Shown: one piece after another, positions 20,448 through 28,319 of the stretch | How positions within the stretch are numbered: position 1 is the first letter of the stretch | Layout: each line of letters starts with the position of its first letter | Virus record (IMG/VR): IMGVR_UViG_3300035663_000001 | Coordinates: 1-64,000 of that record | Origin: a virus | DNA length: 64,000 nucleotides | Reading direction: 5' to 3' (one strand) | The notes under the pieces: model-generated | What the model saw: only the letters and a program-made list of their open reading frames with translations | Database searches by the model: none | What the model was told of the DNA's origin: nothing | Translations under genes and position numbers: made by a program

Positions 20448-21103
20448 TTTATCCCTCTACTTCTCTCCCAAGCTAAGTTAATATCTTGACTGATAGTAAA
20501 ATACGCCATCCCGGGCGCCTCCGTCAATTGGACCGCAATCCCCACTAATCGACCCTCCCGATCAAAAGCCCCACCTCCACTATTGCCATACCACACCGCC
20601 CCATCCACTTGGATAAATCGCTCCCAGTCCACACGATACCCACTCACTAGTCCATGAGTGTAACTCCAAGGCATTCGGGCCGGATGCCCCACTATGTGCA
20701 CCTCCTCCCCAATCCGAGGCAACCCCGGCCGAATCTCCGCCACTCCATGACTCTTATCCCCATAACTCCTCAAAATACTCACGTCCCGCAAGACATCATA
20801 ATACACCACCTCCGCCTCTCTCCCTCTCCCTTGAACCTCTAACCCCTTAATCTCATTATTCTTAATGTATAAGACCTTCTTCTTCTGGTCTCGAACGCAA
20901 TGCGCCGCTGTCACTATCTCATAATCACTAATCCAGACCCCAGCACAGTTAATTCGTAACTTCCCGCCCATCCACTGCACTAACGCCACCGTCTGATCAC
21001 TCCCTCCTTGATAAATCTCCTCCCCACTCTTAATCACTACTTCCCCTCCTCGTTGACATCCCATCATCATTAGCATCCATAACATTAACATCATCTTCTT
21101 CAT
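20444..21103 (-). CDS. Trypsin-like serine protease, predicted lipoprotein
   Basis: TAAHC, GNSGG; signal peptide ending MGC. Confidence 0.88.
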   Translation of the reverse strand: MKKMMLMLWMLMMMGCQRGGEVVIKSGEEIYQGGSDQTVALVQWMGGKLRINCAGVWISDYEIVTAAHCVRDQKKKVLYIKNNEIKGLEVQGRGREAEVVYYDVLRDVSILRSYGDKSHGVAEIRPGLPRIGEEVHIVGHPARMPWSYTHGLVSGYRVDWERFIQVDGAVWYGNSGGGAFDREGRLVGIAVQLTEAPGMAYFTISQDINLAWERSRGIK

Positions 21104-21333
21104 CTAGAACCTCCGGCTCGACATAATAAATCTACCACCCGTCTCCCATCACGTAGACATAAACCCAATCTCTCCTCTCTCCTCAGTTCTTCTGGTCTCC
21201 AATTACTAGCTTCACTAGCTTTACTAGCTTCACTAGCTTTACTAGCTTTACTAGCTTCACCAAAATTAACAGAATAACTTGTATTAATACATCCGACTAA
21301 CAAAATTAAACTAATCCTCAGCAAAATAAGCAT
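21100..21333 (-). CDS. Small predicted lipoprotein with (E/K)AS repeats
   Basis: Signal ending LVGC; GGAG RBS. Confidence 0.6.
   Translation of the reverse strand: MLILLRISLILLVGCINTSYSVNFGEASKASKASEASKASEASNWRPEELRREERLGLCLRDGRRVVDLLCRAGGSR
21205..21258. repeat. 9-bp tandem repeat ACTAGCTT(C/T) x6
   Basis: Read directly. Confidence 0.9.
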
Positions 21334-21349
21334 TTTTTACTCCTTCGGA

Positions 21350-22015
21350 CGCGCTATAAAAATATGCCTCGTTATTTACAATTTTGAAACGTGATAAGAT
21401 ACTTTATCGTTTTTAACGTTTTTTTTTCTACCACTTTGTCCCACTTTTTACCATTTTTAGTGGATGATTACCTCTTTTTTGAGGCGTTTTGAGACCCAAA
21501 AAGTTCAATTGGCCCATTTTGAATTTTCAAAACACCTCTTTTGAAATTATTTAGTCAATCTATTGGGGAGTCCTAAGTTTAACTATGTACTTAGTTGAGA
21601 GTAGTAAGTTAATTTACTGCTCCAGTTGAGAATCTTAAGTTTCCTTAGTTAACTCTTTCACTTTTTACTTATTTTTAGTTGCTTAGTTAACTCTTTAACT
21701 CTGTTCTTATTTTAAGAGTTCTAAGTTTAAGAGTTCTAAGTTTACATATTTACTTATTTGCTTATTTAACTATTTGCTTATTTGGGAGGCCCCAAACCAG
21801 CCTGTCCCCCGAATCCCCCACCTTTTTCCAGCCCGGGAACCCATTAGGCATTCTTCTTGATTCTTAGCAAGAATCAAACCAACAACTAATCAAAGAATAA
21901 CTAACTATTAATTAATAACTTTATTAAGAAGTATTAACTTATTATTAATTAATTGCTTGGCATATTAATTGTTTTTTAGCAAGAAGCTTGCCAAGACTAA
22001 GTAATCTAGTCTTAG
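21350..22015. other. AT-rich non-coding region at strand/skew switch (candidate replication origin or genome end)
   Basis: No ORFs; divergent gene orientation; C-rich plus strand on the left, G-richer on the right; short repeats such as CTAAGTTTA and CTTAGTTAACTCTTT. Confidence 0.55.
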
Positions 22016-22053
22016 TTGGCATTGGTTTTGCTGACTAGCAAGGGACGGACCCT
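21845..22053. promoter_or_regulatory. Three head-to-head pairs of sigma54-like -24/-12 sites
   Basis: Pairs at 21845-21882, 21957-21994, 22016-22053 with GG-N10-G(C)-N6-GC-N10-CC spacing. Confidence 0.6.
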
Positions 22054-22254
22054 AGGACGAAGCGACCTTAAGAGAGCTCGCTTCGCTCTTTTCCCAGCGA
22101 CTAAGTTTTGTCACTGCTCCCTAGGGACGAGCCGTGTCTCTCTCGCCCGAAAAGGGCGCCCTGCTCCTCGCTGGAAAGCTCCCAGCGACTAAGTTTTGTC
22201 GCTCGGTCCTAGTGGTGAGCCCCAGTTCCTTCCCCTCTCACAGTGAGGTGTCTC

Positions 22255-22896
22255 ATGTCCGATGCCATCGATCGTCTACTCTCCGGTTTCGTCTCGGCCT
22301 ACGCTTCGCCCGAACCCACGAAGCAGCTGGTGGAAGTCAAGCCTCCCAAGACTCCAGCCTTCCGCAAGGCCAATAAGGAAGCTCCCACTTCCAGCCTGCT
22401 ACCTCGTGCGGAGCAGATCGACCATCGCGAGTACTTGGCGCGAACCAAGGTCGCAGGCTACATGACAGATCCTGCTGAGGTTCGTCACTTCAACCAAGAT
22501 GCTCATCGCAGCGACATGATCGCAGCGATCAACGCTTTCATCGGCTACGATGTCAGCAAAGACTTCGGCTCTCAGGAATTCCAGGCTCGCAGCCTGGCTG
22601 CTCGTCAGGCTCGCCAAGAGCGAGGGGAGCATCTTCCGGCGGTCTCTAAAACTGAGAAGCAGGAAGCGGCTCGACTCCAGGCTTCGATCCAGGGGTACGT
22701 TTCGGGAGTGCCTGACACGGTCAGCACGCATCGGAACAACCTGGAAGCGAGAGAGCGGCTGGCAGTGGCGGCCATCATTCAGCACGAGCGAGAGGCGGAA
22801 GCGGCTCCGCTCTTCTCGGAAGCGCGCGCCAAGGCAACTGCCCTGGCGCAGTTGGAGCGGGAACGTCTGGTGGAGATCCGCAAGGATCTGTACTGA
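22255..22896 (+). CDS. Hypothetical early protein
   Basis: GAGGTG RBS before MSDAIDR; follows repeat motif. Confidence 0.75.
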   Translation: MSDAIDRLLSGFVSAYASPEPTKQLVEVKPPKTPAFRKANKEAPTSSLLPRAEQIDHREYLARTKVAGYMTDPAEVRHFNQDAHRSDMIAAINAFIGYDVSKDFGSQEFQARSLAARQARQERGEHLPAVSKTEKQEAARLQASIQGYVSGVPDTVSTHRNNLEARERLAVAAIIQHEREAEAAPLFSEARAKATALAQLERERLVEIRKDLY

Positions 22897-23053
22897 GACG
22901 AGCCAGAACAGGAAAGTTATCTCCCATGCCTGACTAACCATTACGCTGGTGCTCAACTTCTTGAGCGTCAGCGGTGGCCGACTCAGCTGTTGCAGACAAG
23001 AACAGGAGCCCTGGCTGATCACCAGGATCTCCTGTTTGGCTTTTTGTTGTTGA

Positions 23054-23168
23054 TTGGCCTAAGAATTGCTAATCTCAATTCTGGTGCCAGTTAAGACTTC
23101 ATTCTAAACTCATGTGGTTGGATGTTTAAGGTTGGCCTATTCATTGCTAAGAGCAGGAAGCAAGCCAG
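23054..23168. promoter_or_regulatory. Two head-to-head sigma54-like site pairs
   Basis: 23054-23090 and 23132-23168. Confidence 0.6.
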
Positions 23169-23352
23169 GAAACATGAGTGCATGAGAGAGCTCGAAGCGA
23201 GCTTCCCAGCGACTAAATTTTTTCACACACCCCTAAGGTTGCCGATGTGGCACGGAACGAAAGGATGGTTTGCAGATTGCTCGGGCAATCTCCCAGCGAC
23301 TAAGTTTTTTCTCGCAGTCCTAGTAGTGAGCCTAGCGCTCAGAAGGATTCAC

Positions 23353-23592
23353 ATGTTGTTCCTGAATGAGGAAGACTACTACGATTGGTTGGAGGAAACT
23401 TCCTTTCCCAATGATACTTGGGAGGAAGAGCGGCGTATGGCGCACCAGTTCGCCAAACAAGAGCGGCTGCAAGAGGAAGCGGAAGAAGAAGAGCGGTTCC
23501 AGGCGCAGCAACGAGATCCGTGGAGAGCGGTGTGTCGAGCCTGGGGACCTTGGGAGCCGGTGTGTCAAGAGGAGCATCCGATTCCGTTCTGA
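23353..23592 (+). CDS. Acidic hypothetical protein
   Basis: AAGGA RBS before MLFLNEED; flanked by repeat motif. Confidence 0.7.
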   Translation: MLFLNEEDYYDWLEETSFPNDTWEEERRMAHQFAKQERLQEEAEEEERFQAQQRDPWRAVCRAWGPWEPVCQEEHPIPF

Positions 23593-23636
23593 CTCCCAGC
23601 GACTAAGTTTTTTTCTCGCAGCCTGAGAGGTGTCTC

Positions 23637-23924
23637 ATGAAGATGGAATATTTGGTCATCAATCCTCTGTTTCCGAAGTGGGATCCGTTGCTGCCGACGG
23701 TGGAGCGGAAAAAGTGGATTCTTCCCAATCATCGAATGGCCAACCAAGTGATGATGCGCCAGATCCAGAAACTGGATCCGTTTCAAGCTTGGGAGGAAAA
23801 TAGACGCTCAGAGGAAGAGAGAGAGGAAGAGGAAGCAGAGCGTTGGATATTCGAGGAATCTCGTGTCCAGAGGGAAACAATGGCGCTCGCGGAAGTTGCC
23901 CGTAAGAGAAACCTCTGGAAGTAA
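23637..23924 (+). CDS. Hypothetical protein
   Basis: GAGGTG RBS; follows motif. Confidence 0.7.
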   Translation: MKMEYLVINPLFPKWDPLLPTVERKKWILPNHRMANQVMMRQIQKLDPFQAWEENRRSEEEREEEEAERWIFEESRVQRETMALAEVARKRNLWK

Positions 23925-23930
23925 AAAGGA

Positions 23931-23960
23931 GAGCCGGTTAGCCGGCTTTCTTGTTTTTCT
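23931..23960 (+). terminator. Intrinsic terminator
   Basis: GAGCCGG-TTAG-CCGGCTT plus T-rich tail. Confidence 0.7.
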
Positions 23961-23963
23961 GTC

Positions 23964-24071
23964 TTGGTCTATTAATTGCAGTCTGCATAATAGATGCCAA
24001 TTGAGTTCTGACTTTTTACCTGGGATGTACTTGTTGGCACACAAATTGCAGCCTAGCAAGGCTCATGCCAG
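23964..24071. promoter_or_regulatory. Two head-to-head sigma54-like site pairs
   Basis: TTGGTCTATTAATTGC-AGTCT-GCATAATAGATGCCAA and TTGGCACACAAATTGC-AGCCTA-GCAAGGCTCATGCCAG. Confidence 0.65.
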
Positions 24072-24286
24072 ACTCCCAGTCACCTTAAGAGGGAGCTCAG
24101 GTTTTCCCAGCGACTAAATTTTTTCGCACACCCCTAAGGTTGCTGATGCGGTACGGATGAACGAAAGGATGGTACGCGGATTGGGGCAATCTCCCAGCGA
24201 CTAAGTTTTGTCACCTACACCTAACGATGTAACACGATGCGTTAGGTTCCCAGCGACTAAGTTTTGTTTCACATGCCTATGATTGA

Positions 24287-24360
24287 GGCCCGGTGACGGA
24301 ATGGCAGACGTGGCGGTTTTAAAAACCGCTTTCTTGTGGGTTCGACTCCCACCCGGGCCA
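24287..24360 (+). tRNA. tRNA-Leu(TAA), short variable region
   Basis: GGCCCGG/CCGGGCC acceptor, GCGGT-TTTAAAA-ACCGC anticodon arm, GTGGG-TTCGACT-CCCAC T arm. Confidence 0.85.
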
Positions 24361-24394
24361 CCCAGCGACTAAGTTTTGTCAAAGGAGACTACAG

Positions 24395-24568
24395 ATGAGC
24401 AAGTTGTTGGTGGTGGTAGCGGCCATGTTTGGGGTGGTGATGGCGATCAAGATGTTTGCTCCTGCGGCCTGGGTCGCAGGGTTCACCATTCCGATCGGCA
24501 GTGGGATTCAGTTCCCCTGGGCGCTGGTCATCCTGGGAGGGTTCTTCTATCTGGTGTGGACCAAGTGA
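24395..24568 (+). CDS. Small membrane protein (57 aa, not in ORF track)
   Basis: AAGGAG RBS; MSKLLVVVAAMFGVVMAIKMF...FFYLVWTK. Confidence 0.7.
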   Translation: MSKLLVVVAAMFGVVMAIKMFAPAAWVAGFTIPIGSGIQFPWALVILGGFFYLVWTK

Positions 24569-24711
24569 TCTATCGCTTGGTAATCAAACATCCCACGGGA
24601 GTACTCCGTCTAGACTACTCCTCTCTGTCAGCTGCCCAACAAGAGCTGTCCCGTTTCCAACGGGACCACTGGGAGGGTTGGATTCAACCCATTCCACAGA
24701 GGAAGTCATGA
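24565..24711 (+). CDS. Small hypothetical protein
   Basis: GTGA overlap with upstream stop. Confidence 0.5.
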   Translation: MIYRLVIKHPTGVLRLDYSSLSAAQQELSRFQRDHWEGWIQPIPQRKS

Positions 24712-24809
24712 TGCGTGAGGGTGCGGTGCTGGTGTTGGTGGCGGTCCTGCTGTCTTTGCTGGTGGGCTGGTGTTTGGGGAACGCCTTTCTGTGGTCCCTT
24801 GGCGGATGA
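24708..24809 (+). CDS. Small single-helix membrane peptide
   Basis: GAGG RBS, ATGA overlap, hydrophobic. Confidence 0.5.
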   Translation: MMREGAVLVLVAVLLSLLVGWCLGNAFLWSLGG

Positions 24810-24847
24810 CTCCCAGCGACTAAGTTTTTTCTCCCGGAGGTTAAAAG

Positions 24848-25213
24848 ATGAATGCACTCCAGTTGAATCAACTCTTGGACGAATGTCCTCGTGAGACCCG
24901 ACATCTGGCACAAGCTTGGTATCAAGCCTCGCAACAGATTCGGAAGATGTCTCATGGCATCGATCCAGATCACATCCGACCCTTGGGCGATGACGAAACC
25001 GTTCTTTTGGTGGAACGTGCGGAAGGCTTGTGTGTGTGGCAGCAACGAGAAGCGATGGTCAATCTCTTTGCGGCTCCTCACATGAGTCCTCCCAAGTTCT
25101 TCATCATCGAATGTCTGAAGATCGATCAACAGATCGAATTCCACCTGGCTGTCCAGCGGGTGCAAGATCTGGGTCCAGACTACGTTTTTCGAGAGCTGTG
25201 TAAGTCCAAGTAG
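24848..25213 (+). CDS. Hypothetical protein
   Basis: GGAGG RBS; follows motif. Confidence 0.75.
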   Translation: MNALQLNQLLDECPRETRHLAQAWYQASQQIRKMSHGIDPDHIRPLGDDETVLLVERAEGLCVWQQREAMVNLFAAPHMSPPKFFIIECLKIDQQIEFHLAVQRVQDLGPDYVFRELCKSK

Positions 25214-25598
25214 TCAAACCTACTACTGGCGTTGACTCAACCTCCTACGTATAGGAATAAGTGATGCCACCGCGCTAGGATAGTTTCGTCATCCCTCCGG
25301 ACCACCAGCTCGTAAAGTAGGCTGCGGTGGCTGACGAAACGATAACCCTGATAGTTTACCTGGTCCAGATGTGAACAATCAAAAAAGTGTGTGTTTTGGT
25401 GTAAAACTCTATCACAGATAATAATAGGGTTATCGATATGTGAAGTTCACATTACATAGTTGCATCCTCGGGAAGCATCCGCTACGCTGACAGTCTCAGG
25501 TAGCTCTAGGTGTTAATCCCCTTCTGTCCCATGAGACGCCGGACATATCTGGGTCATTGTCGTGACAGCCCCTAATCCATTAACCCTAAAACGGGTGG
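25214..25598 (+). ncRNA. Candidate large structured ncRNA
   Basis: ORF-free, several long-range complementary segments, ends at a terminator. Confidence 0.5.
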
Positions 25599-25631
25599 GC
25601 CTCGCTTCTCTTCGGAGAGCGAGGCTTTTTT
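25599..25631 (+). terminator. Intrinsic terminator
   Basis: GCCTCGCT.CTC-TTCG-GAGAGCGAGGC plus T6. Confidence 0.85.
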
Positions 25632-25641
25632 CGTTTCTACC

Positions 25642-25815
25642 TTGGCCTTGTCTTTGCATTCTGCAATCTGTAGACCACTTACTTGATTCCTCTCATCTAT
25701 CACACATACTCTTACCTTGGCATACCTATTGCTAATAACAGGAAGTAGACCAGTAAAGTTTTACCAGGAATGCACTTAATGGCATCTTAATTGCAATTAG
25801 CATAAAGTGAGCCAC
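25642..25815. promoter_or_regulatory. Three head-to-head sigma54-like site pairs
   Basis: 25642-25678, 25717-25753, 25779-25815. Confidence 0.65.
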
Positions 25816-25904
25816 GGAGTCACTCACCTAATACGCGTAAAGGGAATTCCCAGCGACTAAATTTTGTCACCTACCCCTATGGTTGCCGATGCGACACGAT
25901 ACGA

Positions 25905-25920
25905 TGGCACGCAGGTTGCT
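25905..25920 (+). promoter_or_regulatory. Consensus sigma54 site TGGCACGCAGGTTGCT (second copy 26076-26091)
   Basis: Exact match to TGGCACG-N4-TTGC(A/T). Confidence 0.65.
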
Positions 25921-26152
25921 AAGTCAACTTCCCAGCGACTAAGTTTTGTCACACTCTCCTAAGGGTGCGAGACGATGCGAAAGGATGAACGCGCTACTGG
26001 CACGCTACTGGCTGACACGGTTTCCCAGCGACTAAGTTTTGTCACTCTCCCCTAAGGATGCAAGACGCGAGCGGATGGCACGCAGGTTGCTAAGTCAACT
26101 TCCCAGCGACTAAGTTTTGTCGCTCTTCCCTCATGATGCGAGACGGTAACTA

Positions 26153-26204
26153 AGGCGAAACCATCTGAGATGGTCTAATGGTAGGAACCATTACTGACGA
26201 GCCT
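26153..26204 (+). ncRNA. Type II hammerhead ribozyme (minimal)
   Basis: AGGC-GAAA-CCATC/GATGG-TC^-TAATGGT/ACCATTA-CTGACGA-GCCT; predicted cleavage after 26175. Confidence 0.85.
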
Positions 26205-26296
26205 AACTAGTCTACGAAACACCAGCACTAGTCTTAAGTGTCGTGTTGGTCACTAGGAGGGATCATACCCTCGGCAGTGGTGATACTACTTGGCCA

Positions 26297-26362
26297 GTCT
26301 TCTGGCATGACGGAGCCTTGGTGTGGTAACCAAGCCAGGTTCGATACCTGGAGAAGACCCCA
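26297..26362 (+). ncRNA. Minimal tRNA-like element
   Basis: GTCTTCT/AGAAGAC acceptor, CCAGG-TTCGATA-CCTGG T arm, non-canonical D and anticodon arms, ends C-CCA. Confidence 0.6.
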
Positions 26363-26426
26363 GCGACTAAATTGTGATCTCGAAGTCTGACATGGTGTGA
26401 GACTTCCCTACAGAAAGGATACCAGT

Positions 26427-27041
26427 ATGACGCCCAAGATGTTTTTGCACAAGTCGGGAACCAAAGCGGCGGCTTCGGCCAGTGCCTTCCTGGCGGCTCA
26501 CCGGACCTTTCTGGAAACGGGAGAGCTCTATCCGGTCACCGGCCCGATTCTGGCCAAGTTGGATGCCAAAGAGCTGATGCCGACTCCGGCCTTGTCGGAA
26601 TTGCGTCAAGTGATTCTCAATCACATGATTGCCTCCGAAGTGTCCAAGTTGGAGCGAGCGCACGAAGTGACGGAGCGCACGCCCAAAAACTGGCAAGTCA
26701 CCATCTATACCTCCGAAGGCAAGGTGGCGCAACGTTTCAAGACCGAGGACCAGGAATGGGTGGATCTGGTGGCCGAATTCGACCAGCCCCAAGAGGCCGA
26801 TCGTTGGGCGGACCGACGATTGTTCGAGGGTGAGCACGATTGGTTTGCCGTGGTGTCTCATGCCACGCAACTCAACAAGCATGGTCAACTGCTCTCCTCT
26901 ACCATCACTCGTCAGGATGCCATGGCACGAGTCTTGGCATCCAAGCCTGGACCCGTGATCAAGGGTCAAGCCAAGTCGTCGGGTCGGTTGGGATGGGGCG
27001 TCAAGTCGAAACCCAGTGTCAGCAAGTTTTCGGCGGGCTGA
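26427..27041 (+). CDS. Hypothetical protein
   Basis: AAGGA RBS; flanked by repeat motif. Confidence 0.75.
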   Translation: MTPKMFLHKSGTKAAASASAFLAAHRTFLETGELYPVTGPILAKLDAKELMPTPALSELRQVILNHMIASEVSKLERAHEVTERTPKNWQVTIYTSEGKVAQRFKTEDQEWVDLVAEFDQPQEADRWADRRLFEGEHDWFAVVSHATQLNKHGQLLSSTITRQDAMARVLASKPGPVIKGQAKSSGRLGWGVKSKPSVSKFSAG

Positions 27042-27148
27042 GTCCCAGCGACTAAATTTGGTCGCACTTTCCTGTCTGACACGAGACGACAGGTAGTGAC
27101 ACGGTTTCCCAGCGACTAAGTTTGGTTACACTTCCCTACAGGTGGAAC

Positions 27149-27337
27149 ATGCAAACCCGGGAACAAGGCAACTGGTATCCAGCCAATGGTGGGACGGAAG
27201 AGGAATTCGTTACCCGGACGGGCAGAAGGCTGCTCTATTGTTGGCAACCGAGCACTGGGCGCCATGCCTATCTCGACTGCTCCACCGACCTGATCCTCTC
27301 CGAGGAGGAAGCTTCTCAAGTTCTTAATCTCTCTTAA
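27149..27337 (+). CDS. Hypothetical protein
   Basis: AGGTGG RBS before MQTREQG. Confidence 0.65.
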   Translation: MQTREQGNWYPANGGTEEEFVTRTGRRLLYCWQPSTGRHAYLDCSTDLILSEEEASQVLNLS

Positions 27338-27384
27338 CAACAACAACAACAACAACGGTTTCAGGTTTCAGAGGAGATACGCAT

Positions 27385-27819
27385 ATGTCCAGTTTTTCGA
27401 TCAACGTGGTTCTGGTTCGTGATGAGGTGACGGGTGAGGTGGATGAGGCTGCGACCACGCAGGCATTCCAGATGGCACTGAGCCGCTACAAGGCCCAGCG
27501 TGAGCTGGAGGACACCACCATCGGATCGAATGTCCATGCGGCTTTCGATCAGTATCCCGGTGTGTTTCTGCCGATGGAGAGTCTGATCAGTGGGGTGGTC
27601 CAGGCTCTCAATCCGACTCCGGAGAACTTCTCGGTGCTGAAGGAGAAGGTGACGGCCTACATCCACGACAACGCCGACCGTCAGGAGAAGAAGGATCGCA
27701 AGTCGGGTGAGGTCATCCAGCTGGCTGAGCCTCCTCGCACCCGAGCTTTCGGGATTCGCAGGGGCAAGGGTGGTGGGATCTGTCGGTGGTCCGACGTGAA
27801 GGAGAAGGCGGAGAAGTGA
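27385..27819 (+). CDS. Hypothetical protein, paralog of 47410..47829
   Basis: GAGGAG RBS; shared AEPPRTR.FGIR.G.GGG.CRWSD. Confidence 0.8.
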   Translation: MSSFSINVVLVRDEVTGEVDEAATTQAFQMALSRYKAQRELEDTTIGSNVHAAFDQYPGVFLPMESLISGVVQALNPTPENFSVLKEKVTAYIHDNADRQEKKDRKSGEVIQLAEPPRTRAFGIRRGKGGGICRWSDVKEKAEK

Positions 27820-27828
27820 AGTGACACA

Positions 27829-27873
27829 TCCACCAGGTTCCTAGGTTCACTCTGGTGAACCTGGTGGGTTTTC
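27829..27873 (+). terminator. Hairpin / probable terminator
   Basis: CCACCAGGTTC...GAACCTGGTGG followed by TTTT. Confidence 0.55.
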
Positions 27874-27874
27874 T

Positions 27875-28023
27875 GACTCAATGACAGAATGGTTTCTGTT
27901 TCCAATTAGTACTGATTGGAAGTGAATACTCAGGGTGAGTGTTCACCGACTCAGTATGTTGGCCAAAGGATCGATACGATGGTCAGCATATCTATGAGTG
28001 TAGGTTCGATTCCTACCTGAGTC
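27875..28023 (+). ncRNA. Expanded tRNA-like RNA, copy 1
   Basis: GACTCA/TGAGTC acceptor, ACAGA-ATGGTT-TCTGT D-like arm, three internal hairpins, GTAGG-TTCGATT-CCTAC T arm. Confidence 0.7.
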
Positions 28024-28028
28024 TCCCC

Positions 28029-28140
28029 CCCGACAGAATGGTTTCTGCTGTTTATCTACAGGTTCGCTGAGCTTGATTCTGAGGTACGGGTCGACACGAC
28101 TCAGAGTTAAGTCTTGGTGTAGGTTCGATTCCTACTCGGG
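28029..28140 (+). ncRNA. Expanded tRNA-like RNA, copy 2
   Basis: CCCGA/TCGGG closing stem, same D-like and T arms. Confidence 0.6.
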
Positions 28141-28149
28141 CTTTTTTTT

Positions 28150-28319
28150 GACTCAATGACAGAATGGTTTCTGTTTCCTGTAATTAGTTCACATTAGTTC
28201 ACACAGGAAGTGAACACTCAGGTGTACCCTCAGTGTTTGCCGACTCAGTTAGGTTCTGGTTAAAAGGTACACGTTTGCCAGCATCTAGCTGAGTGTAGGT
28301 TCGATTCCTACCTGAGTCA
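28150..28319 (+). ncRNA. Expanded tRNA-like RNA, copy 3
   Basis: Acceptor, D-like and T arms identical to copy 1, divergent internal hairpins. Confidence 0.7.

Noticed and set aside
23122-23352. ORF extensions containing PATKF peptides (also 22134..22376)
   Set aside because: Translations of the non-coding repeat motif; true starts with RBS lie downstream
25849-26120. Tandem CCCAGCGACTAA copies as a CRISPR array
   Set aside because: Spacing is irregular (82, 93, 78 nt), the spacers resemble each other, copies are dispersed before genes, and no cas genes are present in the window
26212-26290. Second hammerhead after the first (CGAAAC...GGTC)
   Set aside because: No CTGANGA core and the stem III register is off; kept only as a structured spacer
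27337-27357. (AAC)7 microsatellite as a functional element
   Set aside because: Short and intergenic; at most an unstructured translational enhancer, with no further support
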